Below, one piece after another: positions 8,257 to 15,560 of a stretch of 25,664 nucleotides of DNA (position 1 is the stretch's first letter; each line of letters opens with the position of its first letter). The position numbers and the translations under genes are program-made. Below the pieces are notes generated by a model. That model saw only the letters and a program-made list of their open reading frames with translations. It was not told the DNA's origin and did not search any database. Source of the DNA: a virus (Duplodnaviria > Caudoviricetes); IMG/VR virus record IMGVR_UViG_3300036760_000357, positions 1-25,664 of that record. The stretch is one strand, 5' to 3'.

Positions 8257-9913
8257 CGTTCACCTTATGATTTGAAACAATCCTGATAATCCGGTCCTCC
8301 AGATCGATGAATGTATGGTGGTCTTCCAGATCGATGAATATTTGACGGTCTGGCGGCGCAATCGTATGAGAAATCATCTTGATTTCAGGCCGGCCCAGGA
8401 TGGGAATGCCGGATATAAGACCGGTTGTAATAAGAGCATGTAACTGCCCTAAAAATGGATTATCGATCCCCGGCGCTGTAACCGTAATACCCACGGCGCC
8501 CAGAATATGGATCTGGCTCAATGTAGATGCATCCATCACGGGTATACCAGTCGTGATACCGTTAGCAGTCAGGTAATCCACACCTTCTTCGATCTCAGCC
8601 AGCACGGGCATCCCCAAGGATGCTGCACCCGTGACGTTGCCAACCGCGGTTAGTACATGCGTCTGAGTAATGACAGGTGTTCCAATGTTGGCTGCACTGG
8701 TTGTGATACCAATTGCTAATAGATCATGTGTCTGGCCGATGGTAGATGCACCAAATACTGGCGCGCCGGTAACAAATCCAGATCCGATAAGTGCATGGAT
8801 CTGATTTAGATTAGGTTCATCTACGCTTGGTGTCCCTGCAGTGATACCTGTAACTGTCAGATTATGGATTTGTCCAATGGTTGGGCTTCCCAACGTTGGC
8901 ATTCCGGCATCAATCCCATTGGCTGTCAGCGCATGGATTTGCCCTAAAACAGGCATTTCTATTGTTGGCGCTCCTGCTGCCACTCCAGATGCAGTCAGAA
9001 CATGGTTCTGCCCGACTGCTGGCGTTTGCATTGTTGGAGCATCTGCCGTAATCCCTATCCCTGCCAGCACATGAACCTGCCCTATGTCTGGGATTTCTAA
9101 TGTTGGTGTCCCTGTATCAATCCCAATAGCAGTTAATTCATCCTCATTGGCAGCTTCTTGTAACTCAGGCGTTCCTAAGGTCGGGGTTCCAGACGTTACT
9201 CCGGTTGCTACAAGATCATGAATCTGCCCAATCGCCGGCGTGTCCAAAGTTGGAACCCCGGCATCAACTCCGGTAGCTGTTAGAGCATTTATCCCGACAA
9301 AGTTGCTGGTTGTAACTGTGTTGGAACTGCCTACTGCCAGATGCGTATCGGAATTGGCATTGGAGCCTGCTCCATCTAGTTGATGCGCTATTTGGATAAA
9401 AAGATATTCATTGGTAAGTGTGTCCGCTGCACCCGGCGACCACGTGACCGTGATTGTCTGGAAAGCTGAATTAGCCAGGTTGACATATTGCGTGGTCGTG
9501 ATCGTCGCCCCGGTCAATTCGGTCGGGTTGGATCCATTTGCATTGACACTTTTCCAGATGCGGATACGCAATATGCCATCATGTGTGGAAGTGGAGCGTG
9601 TCTCACCTTCTACCTGAAAAGATAGTGACCAGTTGGCATTGGCAAATGTACCATTGATCGTATTCTCGCTGCGGAAGCAATCACCCAGGGTATTATCTGG
9701 AGCGCCGTCCGGCTGCACGGGTGTGGTCAGATGCGCTGAGCTTGCCCGCTCGGTCTGGCTATCCATGCGGGCATAGCGTGTGGCAGCCAGTGTACCCACC
9801 ACCCAACCGGTCGATATACGCACTTGACTAGGAGGCGAACCACCATCCTGTAAAGAAAGATGATTCGATCCCGCAGCCAATGCATCTTTCAGATAAAAAG
9901 TTTTCGCCGTCAA
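8249..9913 (-). CDS. Fibre-like virion protein with 13 x ~23-aa repeats
   Basis: 554 aa, TTG start with AAGGA SD. An N-terminal ~205-aa beta-rich domain is followed by repeats QxHxLxAxGIxxGxPTLxxPxIG and a short C-terminal anchor. Confidence 0.7.
   Translation of the reverse strand: MTAKTFYLKDALAAGSNHLSLQDGGSPPSQVRISTGWVVGTLAATRYARMDSQTERASSAHLTTPVQPDGAPDNTLGDCFRSENTINGTFANANWSLSFQVEGETRSTSTHDGILRIRIWKSVNANGSNPTELTGATITTTQYVNLANSAFQTITVTWSPGAADTLTNEYLFIQIAHQLDGAGSNANSDTHLAVGSSNTVTTSNFVGINALTATGVDAGVPTLDTPAIGQIHDLVATGVTSGTPTLGTPELQEAANEDELTAIGIDTGTPTLEIPDIGQVHVLAGIGITADAPTMQTPAVGQNHVLTASGVAAGAPTIEMPVLGQIHALTANGIDAGMPTLGSPTIGQIHNLTVTGITAGTPSVDEPNLNQIHALIGSGFVTGAPVFGASTIGQTHDLLAIGITTSAANIGTPVITQTHVLTAVGNVTGAASLGMPVLAEIEEGVDYLTANGITTGIPVMDASTLSQIHILGAVGITVTAPGIDNPFLGQLHALITTGLISGIPILGRPEIKMISHTIAPPDRQIFIDLEDHHTFIDLEDRIIRIVSNHKVNDA
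8293..8339. repeat. 20-bp direct repeat, 27-bp period (FIDLED twice)
   Basis: ggtcctccagatcgatgaat (8293-8312) and ggtcttccagatcgatgaat (8320-8339), 19/20 identical. Confidence 0.85.
8378..9295 (-). repeat. Degenerate 69-bp (23-aa) coding tandem repeat, 13 units
   Basis: Units include QIHDLVATGVTSGTPTLGTP, QNHVLTASGVAAGAPTIEMPVLG, QIHALTANGIDAGMPTLGSPTIG and QLHALITTGLISGIPILGRP. Confidence 0.85.
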
Positions 9914-9940
9914 ATCAATCCTTTCTTTTGAAGGATTGAT
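9914..9940 (-). promoter_or_regulatory. Perfect 10-bp inverted repeat covering the fibre-gene SD
   Basis: mRNA reads AUCAAUCCUU-caaaaga-AAGGAUUGAU-UUG(start). The 3' arm contains the SD. Confidence 0.6.
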
Positions 9941-9969
9941 ATTGTCTTATTGGGTTCACTATCAGTCCT

Positions 9970-10344
9970 TTAAGCCGGACCAGGGATGCCAATATCGAAG
10001 GCCGTCAGCGTGAACACGTTGCCATCCGTAACCAACTGTCCGGCGGACAATAAACCTGTTGCGCATAAGATGCTGCTGCCATCCGTGATCGCCCAATATG
10101 TTGCAGTGTTCGTTTCGGTAACTGTTCCATTCGTGATCGCGGGGACTGTTACCTTGCGCCCGCTGGGAGTTCTGGCTCCCGGCGCTCCAATGGTCAAACC
10201 GGTCTTGTTACCTGCACTCTTATTGGCATCTGTTACCGCCTGGGAATAGGTGGTTGCCTCACCGATCGTGATATCCAGGCGTGTGCCGTTGGTCACCAGC
10301 CATTCCAAACCTTTATCCAATACATTTTGGTTTAGATAAGACAT
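9970..10344 (-). CDS. Small beta-rich virion structural protein (first gene of the fibre module)
   Basis: 124 aa, Thr/Gly-rich ('GTVTETNTATYWAI', 'VTDGNVFTLTAFDI'), with an AAGGAG SD. Confidence 0.65.
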   Translation of the reverse strand: MSYLNQNVLDKGLEWLVTNGTRLDITIGEATTYSQAVTDANKSAGNKTGLTIGAPGARTPSGRKVTVPAITNGTVTETNTATYWAITDGSSILCATGLLSAGQLVTDGNVFTLTAFDIGIPGPA

Positions 10345-10350
10345 TTTTAT

Positions 10351-10685
10351 TTACTCCTTCTTTTTAATTAACTTATTCAAATCCACATTTGCCGTCATCT
10401 CTTTGAACTCACGCCGACGTTTCTCCAGCTCTTTACCATGCAGTGGCTTGGCTGGCTTGATATTCAAAAGAGCTTTGAGCGATGGTATCCGCTTGGCGCG
10501 CATCAGCCTGGCCATGCGCCAGGCCTGAACGATGTCCAGCTGTTGGTTGTGCTCATTCCGCCAGATGGATGCTTCGATCGCCATGAATACCTCCCGCGGT
10601 GTCATATCCCAGAACTCTGCCACGCCGATCCCGCAGCGCAGCGCCTGTTTCAGGAGCCTCTCGATATTGAGGGGCTCCTGCGTCA
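10351..10685 (-). CDS. Tail assembly chaperone, -1 frame extension (gpT-like)
   Basis: The frame is open from the slippery site through the annotated GTG (10623) to the stop at 10351. Contains the 'EFWDMTPRE' motif typical of second tail chaperones. Confidence 0.8.
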
Positions 10686-10692
10686 GTTTGGG
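10651..10692 (-). promoter_or_regulatory. Programmed -1 frameshift signal: C CCA AAC heptamer plus downstream stem-loop
   Basis: GAC CCA AAC TGA ends the first chaperone ORF. 5 nt after the heptamer comes CAGGAGCC-C-CUC-AAUAUC-GAG-A-GGCUCCUG. Confidence 0.85.
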
Positions 10693-11051
10693 TCGCTGTC
10701 ACCCTCTACTGCATCATTCTCTTCTTCAGATTTATAGATGGTCACGGCTGCCACCGCCTCCATCACTGGGTTGATCGCAGTAATGAATCCAACTTCATCG
10801 ATGATGTCGATGGCATCATTATTCGATACAGGCCGCCCGCTCGTGTGGGCATCCATCCGGGCTGCTTCCATTCCGCAACGCAGCAACGCTACCAGCTCGG
10901 TATAGCCGATGGCATTGGAGACAAAACCACGCATGATAACCGAGATACTCTTGCCTAATTGCTGCTCAGCATTGAGCAATGCCCGGGTAGTGAAGAGAAG
11001 ATAGACATCGCGGCCTTTAACGTGGATAACACCCTCACCACGCGCCGCCAT
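10683..11051 (-). CDS. Tail assembly chaperone (gpG-like)
   Basis: 122 aa after the tail tube, with the 'L.FT.RAL..AEQ.LGKS' motif and an acidic C-terminus ending at a slippery heptamer. Confidence 0.85.
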   Translation of the reverse strand: MAARGEGVIHVKGRDVYLLFTTRALLNAEQQLGKSISVIMRGFVSNAIGYTELVALLRCGMEAARMDAHTSGRPVSNNDAIDIIDEVGFITAINPVMEAVAAVTIYKSEEENDAVEGDSDPN

Positions 11052-11458
11052 CAGCTGCCAACCCCCGTCCAGAACCCATCGATGGTCAGCGACACGGAGA
11101 TGGTCGCCTCGCCCTGATCAGGAAAGGATTCGCTGATCGAGTCGATCTTGGCTTCGACCGTCTCGATAACCACGCCGGCTTCCTCACGCGCCACCAGGAT
11201 CATCTCACCATCCCGGTTGGCATTTTTGAGTGCCTGGTAGGCAACATCATTCGGCACATATAGCGCATCCAGTGAGATCGTTCCCGAATAGCGCCCGGGT
11301 AACACACGCTGCGCGCGGCTATCCTTGCTCGATATATCGATCGTATCCGTCGACTCTTCGAGCGTCGCATCCCGCTGGCTGCCTACGATCGAGTAGGCCG
11401 GCACTCCCGGTGTTCCCGTGTTTGCCAGGATTAATAGATCTGTCCCATTCATTGCCAT
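11051..11458 (-). CDS. Major tail (tube) protein, TP901-1-like
   Basis: 135 aa with 'GTDLLI...GSQRDATLEESTDTIDISSKDS...LPG...ISLDAL' motifs. Confidence 0.88.
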   Translation of the reverse strand: MAMNGTDLLILANTGTPGVPAYSIVGSQRDATLEESTDTIDISSKDSRAQRVLPGRYSGTISLDALYVPNDVAYQALKNANRDGEMILVAREEAGVVIETVEAKIDSISESFPDQGEATISVSLTIDGFWTGVGS

Positions 11459-11464
11459 TTTCGT

Positions 11465-11878
11465 TTACTCCTTTTGAGCCACAAGGCTCAAACTAATGAT
11501 CCGACCGTAAAAGTCCTTTTCATCGGCTACGATCGGTCCAGCACAATTTGAGATAACACATTGGTAACCGTTGATCGGCATCTTATGCCTGTGCAATAAT
11601 GCATACACGCGTTCGGCTATAGTTTCGATCACCACCGCCGATCCATCCGCCTTGGCATAGCAGCGCACGTCCCGCATCAGGCTCCGCCCACGCGTAGTCT
11701 TGGTATCGGATGATACTTGCGTCACTTCACCTGCGGTAACGATAAATGGCAGACCGGTATCGCCTGGGGCAGGATCGGTGGTGAAGATCGCCGGCAATCC
11801 TTTATAAGTGACCAGCAATGCCGTCAGAGTTGCATCCCCTGCCAGCCGGTCATAGATAGCAGCCGTCAAGATACTCAT
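11465..11878 (-). CDS. Tail terminator / tail completion protein (DUF3168-like)
   Basis: Likely start MSILTAAIYDRLAGDATLTALL at 11878 (ATGA overlap with the upstream gene). Located just before the tail tube. Confidence 0.8.
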   Translation of the reverse strand: MSILTAAIYDRLAGDATLTALLVTYKGLPAIFTTDPAPGDTGLPFIVTAGEVTQVSSDTKTTRGRSLMRDVRCYAKADGSAVVIETIAERVYALLHRHKMPINGYQCVISNCAGPIVADEKDFYGRIISLSLVAQKE

Positions 11879-12231
11879 TTTCCCGCCAAAAGCGCTACGA
11901 TCTTGGCTGCATTCATAAACACCGCCGGTCTCAGAAATGGGTGCGCTGGCCACTTCTTCGTGCCTATCTCGATGTAGAAACCGTGACGCCGTGATGTGCT
12001 CGAGGGTCTCACACCGACGTTGATGACCACCTCCTTCGGCTTTACGATCACTTCATAGCTCAACAGGCGTGCAACATATCTGTTGCGGTAGGCTTCGCCC
12101 CATTTTGGATCCTTGATCGCCAGCAGGCGTTGCCTGGCGTCATTTTCCACGAACTTACCCACGATCTCTCCGTTCTCGGCCAGGTCGGAGATCAGCTTTT
12201 TCTTGAATTCATCCGGGTCCCATTTCAACAT
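11875..12231 (-). CDS. HK97 gp10-like neck protein
   Basis: C-terminal 'YIEIGTKKWPAHPFLRPA' matches the E.GT.kmpa.PFLRPA signature. Confidence 0.85.
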   Translation of the reverse strand: MLKWDPDEFKKKLISDLAENGEIVGKFVENDARQRLLAIKDPKWGEAYRNRYVARLLSYEVIVKPKEVVINVGVRPSSTSRRHGFYIEIGTKKWPAHPFLRPAVFMNAAKIVALLAGK

Positions 12232-12584
12232 CAGCTACCTTCCTCTTCGCGTGATACTTCGGGTTGGCGTTCGCGGCAATCGATCTCCAGGTGCTCGCCT
12301 GCCTTGGATGGCTCACGTTTGGCGTCCACTTCCACCAACAAGCCACCATAAGAGAGCTTGTCTCCTCTCACCACGTCCTCACTCGCCAGACAATAAAATA
12401 CGTGCGTGATCACCCGTTCCTCCAGCATGGCCACTTCCCGCTCGCTCGATGATGCTGGCCGGATCCGCCCTCGTACCGGGTCGAGATCTATCTCATCGAT
12501 CGGCCAGCCACCCTGCCCGTCTGGGGTGCGTCGACGGCCGGTGTGAATGAAATCATGGTTGAGCAGGCTCTCGAAGATGGTCAT
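12231..12584 (-). CDS. Head closure (stopper) protein
   Basis: 117 aa with 'R.PDGQGG', 'THVFY' and 'HLEIDCRE' motifs. Follows the adaptor gene. Confidence 0.8.
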   Translation of the reverse strand: MTIFESLLNHDFIHTGRRRTPDGQGGWPIDEIDLDPVRGRIRPASSSEREVAMLEERVITHVFYCLASEDVVRGDKLSYGGLLVEVDAKREPSKAGEHLEIDCRERQPEVSREEEGS

Positions 12585-13189
12585 GGCTTGATCCGGTATT
12601 TATTCAATATATCCTTTTCGCTCAGCAATAGCATCCGTGCTGCCGAAGCGCCCATGATGCCCTCCCCAGCTCCACCACTTTCCGCTTGAAAAGCTACAGA
12701 GAAATCGCCCAGGCTCTTCGAAGCCACACCCATGAGTCCATCGCTGTCGGCTGCCCGCAATCCGGCCTGGTAAGCCCGGCTGGCTGCCCGTGTGCACACT
12801 GCCACAATATCATCTGGAATATCTGTATAACCATGTGAATAAGTGATCGTGATGTTTTGGATGCCGATCGACCATCTCTTCCCGATGCGATGCAGGATGC
12901 CATGCTGTCCGAGTTTATAATCATCGCCCTGGGTCAATGTCACTCCATCCTCGATCACTTTGGTTACCTCCAGTACCGGCAGTTCGGGCAGGAATAAGCG
13001 CGATCCGCCGGAAGAGTCCAGCGTGATCACATCGTCATCTATCTGCTCCAGGTATTGCCGGGTGTAATTGCGGATGGCAGCTGAAGCCTCGGTCAGCGCA
13101 CTCGCGGTTGCGATGATCTGTAATGTCTTATCGATTTCGATCTGCAAGAAGGATTCAACATCCTCTACCGTGGCAAAGTCAGCCATCAT
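12581..13189 (-). CDS. Head-tail adaptor (connector) protein
   Basis: 'FATVEDV...ASAAIRNYT...ITYSHGY..IPDDI...SKSLGDFSV.F...E..IL.KYR' pattern. Confidence 0.85.
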   Translation of the reverse strand: MMADFATVEDVESFLQIEIDKTLQIIATASALTEASAAIRNYTRQYLEQIDDDVITLDSSGGSRLFLPELPVLEVTKVIEDGVTLTQGDDYKLGQHGILHRIGKRWSIGIQNITITYSHGYTDIPDDIVAVCTRAASRAYQAGLRAADSDGLMGVASKSLGDFSVAFQAESGGAGEGIMGASAARMLLLSEKDILNKYRIKP

Positions 13190-13586
13190 TTCTCCAAGCC
13201 TCGATCGCCTGCATAGTCCTGGGCGTCACGTAACCCAACGTCCCAGTCTGGCGCAGTTGCTCGAATGTAGTGATTCCGTTGGCCGCCAGCGCCCGTGCTG
13301 TGGCCGGACCAACCCCCGGGATACTGGTGAAGTCATCCGCAGAGGGTGCGCTTTCCGCTTCGGGTTCCTGTGGAGCGGTTTTATTCTCCACGGGAAGACG
13401 CATCTTGTTTTGCATAGCAGCCGGTGACTTCGCCTTCGCCGGCAGCTTCCCTTGTGCGATGGCATCGGCTTCATACATTTTCACGAACTGGCCGCGCCCG
13501 ATCGGTATTTTTACTAATGGTCCTTTTTTCATATTAGCCTCCTGTGTGACCAATGGCCACTTGTTTTTATCGGTTAGTATTGCCAT
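13179..13586 (-). CDS. Small post-capsid protein with a helix-hairpin-helix domain
   Basis: HhH 'DDFTSIPGVGPATARALAANGITTFEQL', Pro/Ala/Lys linker with NK..NK. A second possible start at 13532 has an AGGAGG SD. Confidence 0.75.
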   Translation of the reverse strand: MAILTDKNKWPLVTQEANMKKGPLVKIPIGRGQFVKMYEADAIAQGKLPAKAKSPAAMQNKMRLPVENKTAPQEPEAESAPSADDFTSIPGVGPATARALAANGITTFEQLRQTGTLGYVTPRTMQAIEAWRNDG

Positions 13587-14932
13587 TATTTAACTCTCCT
13601 ATATTGTTTGAAAGTTGCCCGCACGCGTTCCTCATCACCCTTATGGCATTTCACGAAGCGCCCTGGCTCCAGCTCCACTTGGACCAATGGCAGTATGGGG
13701 ACCATAGGAACTCCCCGTCGCCCATGAACGATGATCGCACTTCCAATGTGCTTACGTGCCGCCCGGGATGCAAACCGGTGATATAACATATAGGCACCTT
13801 GCGGACCCCGGCAATTCCAGGTGTATGGTACGTTCAGGAAAAGCACCTCCGATCGTAGCAATGCCCGCAAGAGTGCGATCTGCTCATCCCAGCCTTTATA
13901 TTTCTGCCATTCCTCGCTCCATAGCTCGAATAGCCGTTTTGTGGCTTCATTCGTCTTCCAGAACATCATTCCGGAGTTGTGGTACAGGATGTGCGGCGTT
14001 TTTAGCCAGGCTGCGGTCTTGGAGGCCTCCGTGCGATTATCCTGGAAGGTTGCCGCCAGGCTGCGCGTCTCGGCTTCTGCTATCACGAAATCCCATTTCT
14101 CCAGCAGGTCGAAGCCTATGGCAGGTGAGATCTTGAATTCGGTCTCCGCATCCACGTATAATGTCTGCTCGAACGGACTGATCCCAGCCAGCAATGGTTT
14201 CACCCGCCCGGCCTTGAATCCGAATAATGTCGAGCTGGTGAATGGGTCCACGCAGCATGTGTGCGTTGCCACCAGTTTATGATCTGCAAAATGCTTCACT
14301 GCCTGGTCATCTCCCACTACCAGCACGGGCATGCCTGGCTCGTGCTTCCACAGGGATCGCATGCTGGCTTCAGCCTCCCGGATCGCCGGGTCGCCCCAGC
14401 ACATGTAGATCACCCCTCTGCTCTTTGGTTTTGGTCTTGGAATTGGCTCCGTGAGCAGCCATAATCCGCGTGGATCCTTCGCTTTTTTCGGCGGATGTAG
14501 AACGGTAATAGAATGATAATAATTCCTCGCCGGTGCATAGCGTTCCCGTCCGGAATCGTGTAGGATCGCTGCCCCTCCCGTATTGAGCAGCTCCCGCGCC
14601 ACATCCAGGCACCGCACCCGGTGCCTCCCATCCACGATGATCAGGTCGAACGTGCCCACATCCTCCGCTTTCAGCTCGTGGTAAGCCGGGTAATCCAGCT
14701 GGAGCAACGTCACATTAACTGTTGTCTTGCCTTTCAGCGCCTGGAAATAATCCGGGTTGTGCTCCACCGACAACCACTTTATATCCGGGAATAACTTTGG
14801 CCAATACAATGTCGATCCTCCCGCACCCCATTCCAGCACCCGGGTTGGCTTGCGCTCCTCGAGCACAGCGCACAGCGCCTCGATCTCTGGCTTATCCATC
14901 ATCGGGTAGGGTTTCAGCTCGATGTTAGCCAT
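13586..14932 (-). CDS. Class I SAM methyltransferase fused to a GT-A glycosyltransferase
   Basis: Likely start MANIELK at 14932 (GGAG SD). N-half: VLEWGAGGST, SVEHN, FDLIIVDG, ILHD. C-half: GVIY, SPFEQTLYVDAETE, NSGM, DEQIALLRAL, TWN. Confidence 0.82.
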   Translation of the reverse strand: MANIELKPYPMMDKPEIEALCAVLEERKPTRVLEWGAGGSTLYWPKLFPDIKWLSVEHNPDYFQALKGKTTVNVTLLQLDYPAYHELKAEDVGTFDLIIVDGRHRVRCLDVARELLNTGGAAILHDSGRERYAPARNYYHSITVLHPPKKAKDPRGLWLLTEPIPRPKPKSRGVIYMCWGDPAIREAEASMRSLWKHEPGMPVLVVGDDQAVKHFADHKLVATHTCCVDPFTSSTLFGFKAGRVKPLLAGISPFEQTLYVDAETEFKISPAIGFDLLEKWDFVIAEAETRSLAATFQDNRTEASKTAAWLKTPHILYHNSGMMFWKTNEATKRLFELWSEEWQKYKGWDEQIALLRALLRSEVLFLNVPYTWNCRGPQGAYMLYHRFASRAARKHIGSAIIVHGRRGVPMVPILPLVQVELEPGRFVKCHKGDEERVRATFKQYRRVK

Positions 14933-15560
14933 TAGGCGCTCTCCCAATCCGGTCTTCATGCTCACCGGACAGTTTTCTCCGGAATGCGATCGTGAAGTCC
15001 CGTTGTCCAATTAATTCCCATCTCGGGTCATTCCCATCCCGCTCCTTACACCACCATTCGGTTACTGCCTGGCATACACCGGTGATCGATGGAAAGAACA
15101 TATCATGCAGTGCAACACATCCTCCTATTTTGATGAGAGGGGTCCAATTGATTAGATCAAACATCACTGACAAATAGCCATGATGCGCATCAATAAAGAG
15201 CAGCGCAATCTCTTGATCATGCGGATATATTGTTATCGCTTCATTGGTTGTCATGGCCAGTAAAGTCGGCGGTGTCAATCCAATCTTTTTTAAATTTTTT
15301 TGCCACCTTTCAGGTGTGGCAGCCTTGCGGTCATTTGGCATCGCCGTAAATGCATCCACGGTCGTTAGCTGTGCATGAAAGATCCTCGACGCTTGCAGCA
15401 TAATCGATGTGGTCCGCCCCATCCAACAGCCCAGCTCCACCAGCTTTCCTCTCCGTCGTGCCAACTTATACAAGAAAGCCGCCTCCTGCCTCCGGTATAA
15501 GCCTGGGATACTGAAAGATTTATCCAGCGCCATCTTGATCTCTTCAACTGGTACTCTCAT
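14925..15560 (-). CDS. Class I SAM-dependent methyltransferase (Methyltransf_24-like)
   Basis: LVELGCWMGRTT motif I, TTVD, LLFIDAHH.Y and GG.VALHD motifs. Confidence 0.85.
   Translation of the reverse strand: MRVPVEEIKMALDKSFSIPGLYRRQEAAFLYKLARRRGKLVELGCWMGRTTSIMLQASRIFHAQLTTVDAFTAMPNDRKAATPERWQKNLKKIGLTPPTLLAMTTNEAITIYPHDQEIALLFIDAHHGYLSVMFDLINWTPLIKIGGCVALHDMFFPSITGVCQAVTEWWCKERDGNDPRWELIGQRDFTIAFRRKLSGEHEDRIGRAPNG

Noticed and set aside
13586-15560. Methyltransferases as DNA methylases (anti-restriction)
   Set aside because: They lack DPPY/NPPY or PC catalytic motifs; their motifs fit small-molecule or sugar O-methyltransferases.
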